Below are positions 1 to 8,740 of a stretch of DNA of 64,000 nt, piece by piece; the stretch's first letter is position 1, and each line of letters starts with the position of its first letter. A model generated the notes under the pieces. That model was given only the letters and a program-made list of their open reading frames with translations, did not search any database and had not been told where the DNA came from. The DNA comes from a candidate division WOR-3 bacterium (GTDB lineage: Bacteria > Hydrothermota > Hydrothermia > B15-G9 > WFZT01), in NCBI GenBank assembly GCA_027053075.1, contig JALUEE010000086.1, positions 20,910 through 84,909 of the forward strand. Direction: 5' to 3'. A program made the position numbers and the translations under genes.

Positions 1-361
1 GCCCCGCTTCCACATGTCCAACCGGAATTTTGTAATAGAAGGCGGAAAGGGCACCTGTAAAGGCGGTGGTTGTGTCACCCTGGACGATTAAAAGGTCGGG
101 TTTCATTTCTTTAAGGGCCTTTTCGTAACCCCTTACGCTGTCCACAGTAATGTCGAAAAGAGTCTGGTTAGGTCTCATTATCTGCATATCGCAATGTGGC
201 TTAATGCCAAAAAAATTGACGGGCTGGTATAGCATCTCCTGATGCTGTCCGGTGAGGCAGACAACAGTTTCAAACTCCGGATGCTTTTCAAATTCCCTTA
301 TGACAGGGGCAAGTTTGATTGCTTCTGGTCTTGTCCCAAAAGTTATAAAAATTCTTTTCAT
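1..361 (-). CDS. wecB: UDP-N-acetylglucosamine 2-epimerase (non-hydrolysing), 5' part; runs off the window
   Basis: Manual translation MKRIFITFGTRPEAIKLAPVI...TGQH...PDLLIVQGDTTTAF...GHVEAG; ATG overlaps the upstream TGA (ATGA). Absent from the ORF track because it is truncated. Confidence 0.95.
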   Translation of the reverse strand, partial: MKRIFITFGTRPEAIKLAPVIREFEKHPEFETVVCLTGQHQEMLYQPVNFFGIKPHCDMQIMRPNQTLFDITVDSVRGYEKALKEMKPDLLIVQGDTTTAFTGALSAFYYKIPVGHVEAG

Positions 362-1938
362 CGCGAGAAATATTCCTTGAGTTCAGGGAGGTCCACAGGA
401 CTGACAAATGTATACCCCATAGCCTGCAATCCCCTTATTACCTTTTTTAACGATTCTATCCCGTAAAAATGTTCAGCATCGGTGTAGTCTGCCAGTGAGG
501 GGTGCCAGAAGAATGAGGCAATGCCATCTCTCACTGCGAGAAGGTATCTGGCATGAGCTATCACGCTGTCCGGTGGTCTCACATCATTTAGATAATTACT
601 GATGTATCCAAGGTTTTCCGGGATCAGGGTTTCCCCATAAATGTCCCAGTAAATTACATAAGGAAAGAACTGATTTTCGTACATAACTTCGTCCGGGGAT
701 TCCATGTATAAGGCCGGTCTGTGGTAGTTTAGATTAAACATTTTCCCAAATATAAAAAAGTCCATCCTCGAGGCCGCGTAGTGTGGAACTTCAAAGCCGG
801 ACACCGGCAGACCGGCGAGCTGAAACTCCTTTAGGCCCTTCTTTATCCTCTGGTAAACCCACATCATGTTGTCGCCGGGAACAGGTATTTTTGTGTCAAA
901 GTCAAAATACTCGTAGGCGAGAGCCGAGATATTGTACTTTTGCCATGTTGTTATATCCTGCTGATGCGACGTACCATGCATAAAAATATATCCCCCGTGG
1001 TTTACAGCATATTTTAAAACTTCTACAAGGCCTTTAGCCTCATGGAGATAAACAACTTTGTCGTTATAGGGATTTTTGTAAATGGGGATTACTGCCATGG
1101 CAAAGGGAATATTATGAGAATATAGGTACTTAACGACTTTTCTTAACTTTGAGGGTTCAAGGGTAGGATCAATGTCTTCGAGTCTCACAAGGGCTCTGGG
1201 TGGATAAGAATGTTGTTGATTGAGCATATCATGGAGTAAATCGCAAAAAATGGTGTATGGAGTATAAGTTGCAATAAAAGACATAGGGTCACCTGCAACG
1301 TACCAGAAATTGTTTACCCGTATGATGTAAGGTATCTCGTCCCTCCTGGGCCTTCCATATCCCCACCATTTTATAGTTGCAATAACCTCTGCTTTTGAAG
1401 AGTCGAGAATATGGGTGACAGCTACTTCAGGGTCCCACTCCGGCTCTTTCTTTCCCGGGTAAACCTTAAACCACTTCTGGAAATTTACACCTTTATATGT
1501 GACATTTCTGTAGAAGCCGGCTTTACCATTGACAAAGTAACCGATAGACAGGGAATCCATTACGAAACCGAATCGATCCCGCATATTGGCTCCAACTTCA
1601 AAAGAGAAGTTGTTTATATTCTTTTTAAACCACACCACAGGTTTTTTATATCTAAGCAGGTCCTTTAAGAAATCTGGATTTATGTAAGAGTTATCCACTT
1701 CTCCCATGTAAAAGACAGCATCAAAATTAAAGATATCACCCTTTGTGTACTCATTTGTAGGCTCATGATAGTATATGAATTTAAAGTGGCCAAGTAGATT
1801 CTCCAGCTCATACAGATCGAGTACATAGTAGGAGTACTCTGACTTGGGGGATGCAATCGGATCGAAGAGAATTAGTGCATTCCCTTTAATCTGTGACGGT
1901 TTGATTACGCTAAAAAGAATAAGTAAAAGTTTAAACAT
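358..1938 (-). CDS. DUF2334-family polysaccharide deacetylase-like protein (NodB/CE4-like barrel), probably exported
   Basis: VRLEDI, HGTSHQ and FEVPHY motifs, IPENLGY, ASFFWHP; hydrophobic N-terminus; operon context. Confidence 0.8.
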   Translation of the reverse strand: MFKLLLILFSVIKPSQIKGNALILFDPIASPKSEYSYYVLDLYELENLLGHFKFIYYHEPTNEYTKGDIFNFDAVFYMGEVDNSYINPDFLKDLLRYKKPVVWFKKNINNFSFEVGANMRDRFGFVMDSLSIGYFVNGKAGFYRNVTYKGVNFQKWFKVYPGKKEPEWDPEVAVTHILDSSKAEVIATIKWWGYGRPRRDEIPYIIRVNNFWYVAGDPMSFIATYTPYTIFCDLLHDMLNQQHSYPPRALVRLEDIDPTLEPSKLRKVVKYLYSHNIPFAMAVIPIYKNPYNDKVVYLHEAKGLVEVLKYAVNHGGYIFMHGTSHQQDITTWQKYNISALAYEYFDFDTKIPVPGDNMMWVYQRIKKGLKEFQLAGLPVSGFEVPHYAASRMDFFIFGKMFNLNYHRPALYMESPDEVMYENQFFPYVIYWDIYGETLIPENLGYISNYLNDVRPPDSVIAHARYLLAVRDGIASFFWHPSLADYTDAEHFYGIESLKKVIRGLQAMGYTFVSPVDLPELKEYFSR

Positions 1939-1942
1939 TTTA

Positions 1943-3133
1943 TCACCTCGCTATATAAAACCCAAATCTAAAGTCCCAGTAGGAATTGGAATTGTATGGA
2001 TTTGGTTCGCCTGATTCAATACCTGCATAGTAGCCCCTGACGAGTTTAGTAAAAAATACCAGCCAGTAAACATATGTCAAATCAATTTCGGGACCGATTT
2101 CGGAGAGGTTGTTGTAGTATAATTTCCTCCTGTCTCTTAAGAACTTAAAGTAAATTGAGGGCTCGAGGGTGAATTTCCCGAATTTTTTCTGATAACCAGT
2201 ATTAGTCTCTATGTCGAGGGTGACGTTGTTATCCACACGTTTTTCATAATTTACCTCTGAATAGAGGGAGAAAATGAGGTTTCCTAATTTGCCCATAGAG
2301 TGAATCCAATCTTTGCTCAGGAAAGCCAGAAGCTGGTAATTTGTTCCTTCCATCACGGGCTTCCATATTTTCACCCTTTTGTAGTAACCATAATAGGCGA
2401 ATACGGATATAAGATAGCGCCAGCTCCAGGCAAGTCCCAGGTAGGTGAAGATATGGTCGTCTTCGTAAACATTTGTTCTTCCAGACCTCGAGTCGTATAA
2501 AAACCGAACACCCGCAAGAGGTTTTATCCCCCAGAGATTACCCAGATAAATGTTGAGCCTTGTATCTGAATCGACGAAATTTTCACGTGCGGTGTAGTAG
2601 GTGCCCCAGTAAAAACTGTATGTAAATGGTGTGTAGTGGGTGGTTTCAAGGTAATGGGTCATCACCTGACGAATGCTATCATTCAAGGTCACCTTTAGCA
2701 CCCTTTCCGCTATTTTGCGTTTTTCCTTAACATTGTCCTCGTAGAGGTCGAAAAGGGTTAGCAGAAGGTCCTCATTGTAGGGAAATTTTTTCAGCACTTT
2801 TTTAAACATCTTTATGGCCTTGCCGGTTTTACCGATCTCGAGCAGAAAATAGCCATAATCCGTGTAGTAGTAGGCAGCTGCAGGCTTGAATTTCATCAGC
2901 TTTTCGAAGAAGTATTTTGCTTTTTTATAGTACTTCCTATTCCAATAGTAGTAGGCTGAGTCTCCATAGATACTGACAGAATCAGGATTTGAGGCAGCTT
3001 TGAAAAGTTTTTTATAAATCCTCACTGGGGGACGCCTTAAATGAACGTTTTTATAGTACTGGGGCGGTGGAACCTCCTTCAATGGCTGTGGGGTTTGAGA
3101 AAATATTAAAATAGAAATGAAAAATCCTGTCAT
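1943..3133 (-). CDS. TPR-repeat plus C-terminal outer-membrane beta-barrel protein (functionally NfrA/BcsC/PgaA-like exporter)
   Basis: Signal-like N-terminus, TPR-like helices (YKKAKYFFEKLMKFKP; GKAIKMFKKVLKKFP), aromatic-rich amphipathic strands ending FRFGFYIAR. Confidence 0.65.
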   Translation of the reverse strand: MTGFFISILIFSQTPQPLKEVPPPQYYKNVHLRRPPVRIYKKLFKAASNPDSVSIYGDSAYYYWNRKYYKKAKYFFEKLMKFKPAAAYYYTDYGYFLLEIGKTGKAIKMFKKVLKKFPYNEDLLLTLFDLYEDNVKEKRKIAERVLKVTLNDSIRQVMTHYLETTHYTPFTYSFYWGTYYTARENFVDSDTRLNIYLGNLWGIKPLAGVRFLYDSRSGRTNVYEDDHIFTYLGLAWSWRYLISVFAYYGYYKRVKIWKPVMEGTNYQLLAFLSKDWIHSMGKLGNLIFSLYSEVNYEKRVDNNVTLDIETNTGYQKKFGKFTLEPSIYFKFLRDRRKLYYNNLSEIGPEIDLTYVYWLVFFTKLVRGYYAGIESGEPNPYNSNSYWDFRFGFYIAR

Positions 3134-5226
3134 TTTTTAATTTTTTTAAGTGATTTCCTTTTTTGTCGAGAAGGAAAACCTGGTTTCTCGGGGTTAATTT
3201 GTGATCCTGGAGTAATGGTCTTTAAACGTTTTCTCGATCTTATAATTTTTTTAAAGCCAATGACGATGAAACGCAAAAGTGTGAGTGCAATGAAAATACC
3301 TATTAGAACAAGCGGGATTATGATCAGGAGTTTATAGTAATTCTGCAGGAAGAAATACCTCATATCGAACTTGGCTTTTTGCGGTCCCCAGTAACTGGTG
3401 CGCCTCGTCAATTTGCAATTCGTTATGTCACCCTCCGTATTCAAAGTTGCAAGATTTCCATAGGCTGCATTTAATTTTTCCGGAGATCTAAAAAGTTTAA
3501 CAAATACTGATGCATTTTCTGGAGTGCTATAAGAGAGATAAAGGTAAGCATTTCTTTCTTTGCCAACATCTTCGTAAATGAAGGGTTGGGGGGCTTTGGC
3601 AGGATGGAAATTCCCTATCATTACGGCATTTTGTGATAGTTGTCTTATCCCATTGAGCGTTTCTTCTGTGAGGAGAGGAACCTCTGGAAAAACCTGCTTA
3701 GACCCTATAAATCTGAGGAATTCAAGATAAATCTTAAAATTATTCTGGTTTAACTTATCCAGCACAATATAAGTTTTCTTTTTGTAAGGAGAATAGCCAA
3801 AGGGAAAGGCATAATATTTCAAATAAGCTAAATTAGGCATTTCGATTATCCACTTACGCGTCATTTTGAAAAGAGTTTTAGGCAGGATTTCTACCCATAG
3901 TAAAGATGAGTCTTCAAGGGGTACTTTGGGGACGGTTTTAAATTCAAACTTGATTCTGTTCTCAGGTTTTAGGCTCTGCCAGGGAATAACCACTTCTTTT
4001 CCTGAATCTGAGCAAGGACCAATATAACTTTCGTCAAAGAGCAATTCCCCATCTATCGTGATTTTTAATTTACTCTTTCGAAGATTTACGAATTGGGAAG
4101 TTTTCATATAAAGTCTCATAATCTGAGAGTATGGGAGAAAATTCATACCTGGGAGAAATCGAAGCGGTAAATAAAATGTATTTTTCCCCCCGTAGAATTT
4201 AGCAGAGCCTTTATATACGTCAGAAAAGTAAAAATATTCGGGATCCTGTCCAAGAATGATGGGTTTTCTATTGAATTTTATAAATCCGGGTTCTATAAGC
4301 TCTAAATTCGTGACGAAGTCTTTACCCCTTTCAATGAGGGCAATAGCTGCATTCAAAACCGCATTGTCTGAGTTTCCAGTGATAATAAGTACCGGGTAAC
4401 CATTCGCGTTATTGGAAGTGATGATTATCCCCATATCATCCGGAATCTTTGCCCCGTTACTTTGAGCCCAGTAGTAGCTTGTATCACTTTGTTTCAGGAT
4501 TAACTGTGAGGATAGCCTTATCACTTCCTGGAGAGTTGGATCAAAATACTGCTCATCTGGCGTACCAACAATTATACTTATACCTTTACGGATACTCCCC
4601 ACGTCGTTTGTGATATCTATAATGGGGAAATCTTTCTCAGTGCGTGAGGCAAGGTCCTCAAGAATGTATGATAAGCCGACAGACGTTACAGGACTAAGTT
4701 TTTCTGGCAGCTGGAAATATACAATTCTGTCCGGGTTGTAGTCTTCACTAAGTATAAACTCTGGATATCTACTAATTATGTAAGGGGTGGCAAGGTAATT
4801 TATCAACCCCTTTATGTACATGTTGTTAATGTCAATATAACCGATGCAGTTTGTAGCAAGTGATTTTAAAGAGACAGATATTTCGATAACGGTCAAACTT
4901 TTTAGCAAATACGTAGGAATTGGCACAGTAAGTTCACCACCATGAGTGTCAAGGTTGAAAAAACCGATAAAATCTCCATTAACGGCGAGTCCTAATTTAA
5001 GAGGGACTTCGCAGTTAAGTACACTGTAATCGATAACAAGGTAGGCCTTACTGAATGATTCTGCTGAATAAGTCAAATGGAAGCTCCGCTTGGCATAGTC
5101 ATTGGGTAAATTCAATCTAATAAGAGATTTCGTACCCTTTTTATAGAGAGTAAAATCACGCCATGCAAACTGAGCATGTACTACACTTGAGGATAATATT
5201 AAAAGTAAAAAAAATCTAAATTTCAG
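3130..5226 (-). CDS. BcsB-like periplasmic co-polymerase with C-terminal membrane anchor; probable CTG start
   Basis: BcsB-like segments PVLIITGNSDNAVLNAAIAL and MPNLAYLKYYAFPF; C-terminal TM helix plus basic tail. The frame stays open 37 codons upstream of the tracked TTG, giving a signal peptide KFRFFLLLILSSSVVHA|Q after AGGAGG and CTG. Confidence 0.7.
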   Translation of the reverse strand: MKFRFFLLLILSSSVVHAQFAWRDFTLYKKGTKSLIRLNLPNDYAKRSFHLTYSAESFSKAYLVIDYSVLNCEVPLKLGLAVNGDFIGFFNLDTHGGELTVPIPTYLLKSLTVIEISVSLKSLATNCIGYIDINNMYIKGLINYLATPYIISRYPEFILSEDYNPDRIVYFQLPEKLSPVTSVGLSYILEDLASRTEKDFPIIDITNDVGSIRKGISIIVGTPDEQYFDPTLQEVIRLSSQLILKQSDTSYYWAQSNGAKIPDDMGIIITSNNANGYPVLIITGNSDNAVLNAAIALIERGKDFVTNLELIEPGFIKFNRKPIILGQDPEYFYFSDVYKGSAKFYGGKNTFYLPLRFLPGMNFLPYSQIMRLYMKTSQFVNLRKSKLKITIDGELLFDESYIGPCSDSGKEVVIPWQSLKPENRIKFEFKTVPKVPLEDSSLLWVEILPKTLFKMTRKWIIEMPNLAYLKYYAFPFGYSPYKKKTYIVLDKLNQNNFKIYLEFLRFIGSKQVFPEVPLLTEETLNGIRQLSQNAVMIGNFHPAKAPQPFIYEDVGKERNAYLYLSYSTPENASVFVKLFRSPEKLNAAYGNLATLNTEGDITNCKLTRRTSYWGPQKAKFDMRYFFLQNYYKLLIIIPLVLIGIFIALTLLRFIVIGFKKIIRSRKRLKTITPGSQINPEKPGFPSRQKRKSLKKIKK

Positions 5227-7286
5227 ATTCTCCTCCTTGTGAGTTTTTTCCCGATTTTTTTGAAATGAGGAGTAACGGAAGTGCCAAAGATTTCGTCCAT
5301 CACATCTTTAAATGATATATTGGATAGGTCGTCAAAATTGAGATTTTCTAACTCTTGCCATAGGCCATTATTTTGTTCTACCTCAAATTCATCAAGGCCA
5401 CTATCTTTTAATTTCTTTGTTAATACCAGAAGCTTGGGTTCCGCAAAAGATTCTACAAAGTATCTAAATTCTGATTTTGAAATAATTGTGGGCACAACAA
5501 CTTTGCCCAGTTTTTCCGAAACTTCTTTTATCAGCTTATCTGATGGAGGTTCAACAAATCCCACTTCTATAAAGTTTTCAGTCTCCCTCAGAGGCAATAA
5601 GTGATTCTGGGAGATGAATTCCCCACCAAGTTTCTCAATTAAATGCTGAGGCAGGTCATCTGGTAATTCTTCAATAAATTCAAGTCCCTGCTGAATGGCG
5701 AGAAATTTTGAAATCTGGTCCTCAGACAGTAGGCCCATTTCAACGAGGATTTCCCCAAGCTTCCTTTTTGACTTTTTCTGAATATTAAGAGCGTGCTCAA
5801 GATGCTCCTTTGTGATAACCTTCTGCTCAAGTAAGAGTTCACCAAGACGTTTCTTGTAAGCTGTAAGCTGCTCCGTCCTCGGGAATTGATGGGTTGTTTT
5901 AGCCCATGTAAGTGGTTTATTGAACACTTTATAGGCGATATACCTAACGAGCGCGTTGTAAACAGCAAGGAAATTTATGAGATTAAGCCATGGAACTCGT
6001 AATACACTGTATAGCCCTTGCTTGAATCCATAGATCACAGTAACGGCATAAACTTTCATAAGCAGGCGCTCGAATAACATTACGGTGTTGAAAAATATAA
6101 CCCACCAAATGAAACCTTCGCCAGGAATGAATCTTGATAAGTTCCACCCTGTATGAAGGAGTTTCCCAAGTAAAACGTAAGTCCATCCAGATATAAATAA
6201 GACATTGGTCAAAAAACTAATTATAGATGACCATACACCCTTACGGTCTTTATAAAGGTAGAATTTGTCTATTGCTTTGCCACGCCATTTGATTTTCTCA
6301 GTTCCCTGAAAGATTATTCCCAACATCCACCTTGTTTTCTGCCTAATAGCTGCCGAAAACTTAAACGGGAAGTATTCTCTTGTTGCAATAAAATCATTTT
6401 TGTACTCAAAATGTTTACGCAAAAATCCAGGTAAAATTTTTATCCATTTTGAGTGTCGTTTTACCCGAATCACACGTTTGAGTAGGACCTGTTTGCCGCC
6501 GATATCTTTGATATGTTTGCCTACTACATAGTCTTCAGTAAGCGAATCAGTATCAAAAAGCAGATTGTTTTTCTCCTTCGCAAGCCTTTCGAGAATTCTG
6601 CGTGAAAAAGCTGTTCCGACACCAGCCGATGGAACAAATCCACCAAGAACATACCTTACATAAATTTCTTTTAAATGGTGCTCTGCAAATTCATCCATAT
6701 AGGTGCCAGCAGTGAAGTTCCTGAAAGGTACCTCGAGAGAGAAAACAGGAATTTGAATCATGTCATACTCATCGGCAAGATAGTTGACAAGTTTTAGCGA
6801 TAAAGGATGAATAATGTCTTCTGCATCGTGCATGAGGACAACATCAAACTTTTTACCGGTATTTTGCTCGTATTTGAGCATATTCTGATATATCCAGTTT
6901 AGATTATCTGCCTTATTTGTCGGTCCGTCGTGTGGTACCAGTGCCATGTGGACATTGGGATAAATTCTTTCGACTTTGGCCACCTTCATCTTAGTATCGA
7001 AATCGTTGGGATAGACACCAATGAATATGTGGTAATTCGTGTAGGCGATGGAACTTACATTGTGTTTGATCATGTCTTCTATAACTTCTGCTTCACGCCA
7101 CGCAGGAAGAAAAATGGATATGGATTTTTCCGGTACATTACCAAGTTCCTCCAGATCAATCTTTATTTTTTCACCATTGATGGTTCTTAAAATGAAATAC
7201 AATATATCTGAAAAGAGGTCATCTAATCCTCCAATAAAAACGCCCCAAATTGTGATATACACGAGTGCGAAGATTATTCCATGCAT
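5223..7286 (-). CDS. nfrB: NfrB-like processive GT2 glycosyltransferase with C-terminal MshEN c-di-GMP-binding domain
   Basis: PAWRE, GPTNKADNLN, HDAED, LTEDY and QKTRW motifs; WAKTTH; tandem MshEN motif RLGELLLEQKVITKEHLEHALNIQ-5aa-KLGEILVEMGLLSEDQISKFLAIQ followed by a T2SSE_N-like subdomain. Confidence 0.9.
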   Translation of the reverse strand: MHGIIFALVYITIWGVFIGGLDDLFSDILYFILRTINGEKIKIDLEELGNVPEKSISIFLPAWREAEVIEDMIKHNVSSIAYTNYHIFIGVYPNDFDTKMKVAKVERIYPNVHMALVPHDGPTNKADNLNWIYQNMLKYEQNTGKKFDVVLMHDAEDIIHPLSLKLVNYLADEYDMIQIPVFSLEVPFRNFTAGTYMDEFAEHHLKEIYVRYVLGGFVPSAGVGTAFSRRILERLAKEKNNLLFDTDSLTEDYVVGKHIKDIGGKQVLLKRVIRVKRHSKWIKILPGFLRKHFEYKNDFIATREYFPFKFSAAIRQKTRWMLGIIFQGTEKIKWRGKAIDKFYLYKDRKGVWSSIISFLTNVLFISGWTYVLLGKLLHTGWNLSRFIPGEGFIWWVIFFNTVMLFERLLMKVYAVTVIYGFKQGLYSVLRVPWLNLINFLAVYNALVRYIAYKVFNKPLTWAKTTHQFPRTEQLTAYKKRLGELLLEQKVITKEHLEHALNIQKKSKRKLGEILVEMGLLSEDQISKFLAIQQGLEFIEELPDDLPQHLIEKLGGEFISQNHLLPLRETENFIEVGFVEPPSDKLIKEVSEKLGKVVVPTIISKSEFRYFVESFAEPKLLVLTKKLKDSGLDEFEVEQNNGLWQELENLNFDDLSNISFKDVMDEIFGTSVTPHFKKIGKKLTRRRI

Positions 7287-7290
7287 GATA

Positions 7291-7671
7291 TTATAAATTT
7301 ACCTCAATTTTACCATTTTTAACAATGTAGTCAAGCCTTTTAAGATTTTTTCTTGCGGGACCGTGGATGACGGTTCCATTAATAGTAAACTCACTACCGT
7401 GGCAAGGGCATTTAAAGATACCTGCTTCTCGATCATATTTCAGTATACACCCAAGATGCGTGCAATGTGAGCTATAAACCCAGTAAGTATCATTTTCACG
7501 CCATACAATAACGCCATCTATTACTGAGGGCTTTGTGCTCACCTGAGCCATAGGAATACTCAATTTCTGGCGCTTTTTCAGCGAGAATGAAATAAAATCC
7601 CAGATGAGTTTTCCACTTATTAAAAAAATTAAGAAACCAAATATGCGGGATAAAAAATCACGTCGATTCAT
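7291..7671 (-). CDS. Tat-exported, membrane-anchored Rieske [2Fe-2S] protein
   Basis: MNRRDFL twin-arginine leader; CTHLGC and CPCHGS boxes; GPA motif. Confidence 0.92.
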   Translation of the reverse strand: MNRRDFLSRIFGFLIFLISGKLIWDFISFSLKKRQKLSIPMAQVSTKPSVIDGVIVWRENDTYWVYSSHCTHLGCILKYDREAGIFKCPCHGSEFTINGTVIHGPARKNLKRLDYIVKNGKIEVNL

Positions 7672-7954
7672 TCTTTACAATCTTTTTATTCCTAAATCAT
7701 TCTAATCAGGAAAAGTGTGAATCTTTCACCTATATTGGAGTACCGACCAGAAAAATCTTCGAAATTATATACGTTAGCCCTCCGAAAAATCTATGTTTGT
7801 GCTGGAGAACAAATATTTGTTAATAACACAAAAAATTAGAAATTGGCCTGTTGATAAATACAAACTAAGATACTTATGAAACCCATGGAATTTCCACAAT
7901 AAAGGTCAAATACACCTCTTCTTATTGCCCATGTTTACAAAAATTCTGATTTAT

Positions 7955-8662
7955 CTATTTCATGAAAATGATTTTTCGCCTTAAAACAATTTTCCCTTTG
8001 TGTGTAATAGATAGAACATGTATTCCCAGAGACAAATTTTTGATTGTTATAGAACTACTTCGGGTGTGAATCTTCTTTTCAAGTCTTCCATCAATACTAT
8101 AAATATTTGCTGTGAATCCATCAGTAAAATTTGAGGACACGGTTACCTCATGCCCTATGTTTTGGCGAAGAGTTACTATTGGGAGGCTGGTTTGCTCTTC
8201 TATGCCAACAGGGGTTACGGTAATTGAGCCCGAATCCACTGTTAAAGGGATCGAGTCTGATACTGGATCAAGTAGATAGCATCTATCTATGTAAATGTTT
8301 ACTACGGTAGTGGTATCGGGATTGCCCACCAGAAATTTTATATAAAAAAGAACTCCACTCCCCACTGGAATTGATCCACCCCACATAGAAATATTGATCG
8401 TCAAATTTGTAGAGTCATAGGTGAAAGCTACGCCCCAGTCACTTATGAGGTCACCGGGAACAACTTGAATAGGATGTATTAATGGAACAGTTATAGATAT
8501 CCAGAAATGGCCTGCAGTAACAGAGTCTGAAGCATTTATGTTGCTCACGAATACCGGATAGTTTAAAGTATCTCCTCCAGATGCTGTCATCTCAGGTAAA
8601 GATATATTTATTGTGGCAAACAGGGGTAGCGAAATAATAAGAGGTAGAAGTAATTTTTTCAT
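7955..8662 (-). CDS. Secreted cohesin-like domain protein with T9SS-like C-terminal sorting domain
   Basis: Signal peptide; cohesin-like beta-sandwich (ISLPEMTASGGDTLNYPVFVSN...GSGVLFYIKF...SGSITV); GIEE linker; CTD (IYSIDGR...LSLGIHVL...RKIIFMK). Confidence 0.65.
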   Translation of the reverse strand: MKKLLLPLIISLPLFATINISLPEMTASGGDTLNYPVFVSNINASDSVTAGHFWISITVPLIHPIQVVPGDLISDWGVAFTYDSTNLTINISMWGGSIPVGSGVLFYIKFLVGNPDTTTVVNIYIDRCYLLDPVSDSIPLTVDSGSITVTPVGIEEQTSLPIVTLRQNIGHEVTVSSNFTDGFTANIYSIDGRLEKKIHTRSSSITIKNLSLGIHVLSITHKGKIVLRRKIIFMK

Positions 8663-8680
8663 GATTGTCTCCTGTTTTAA

Positions 8681-8719
8681 AACGGGGCGGGGAGTGATGA
8701 AATCACTCCCCGCCCCGTT
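8681..8719. terminator. Perfect 18-bp intergenic stem-loop (terminator or RNA-stability hairpin)
   Basis: AACGGGGCGGGGAGTGAT-GAA-ATCACTCCCCGCCCCGTT. Confidence 0.75.
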
Positions 8720-8740
8720 CTCTTTTAATAAAACACACCC

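Noticed and set aside
7672-7954. c-di-GMP riboswitch upstream of the polysaccharide operon
   Set aside because: No GEMM-type conserved stems or motifs visible; an Rfam/Infernal scan would be decisive
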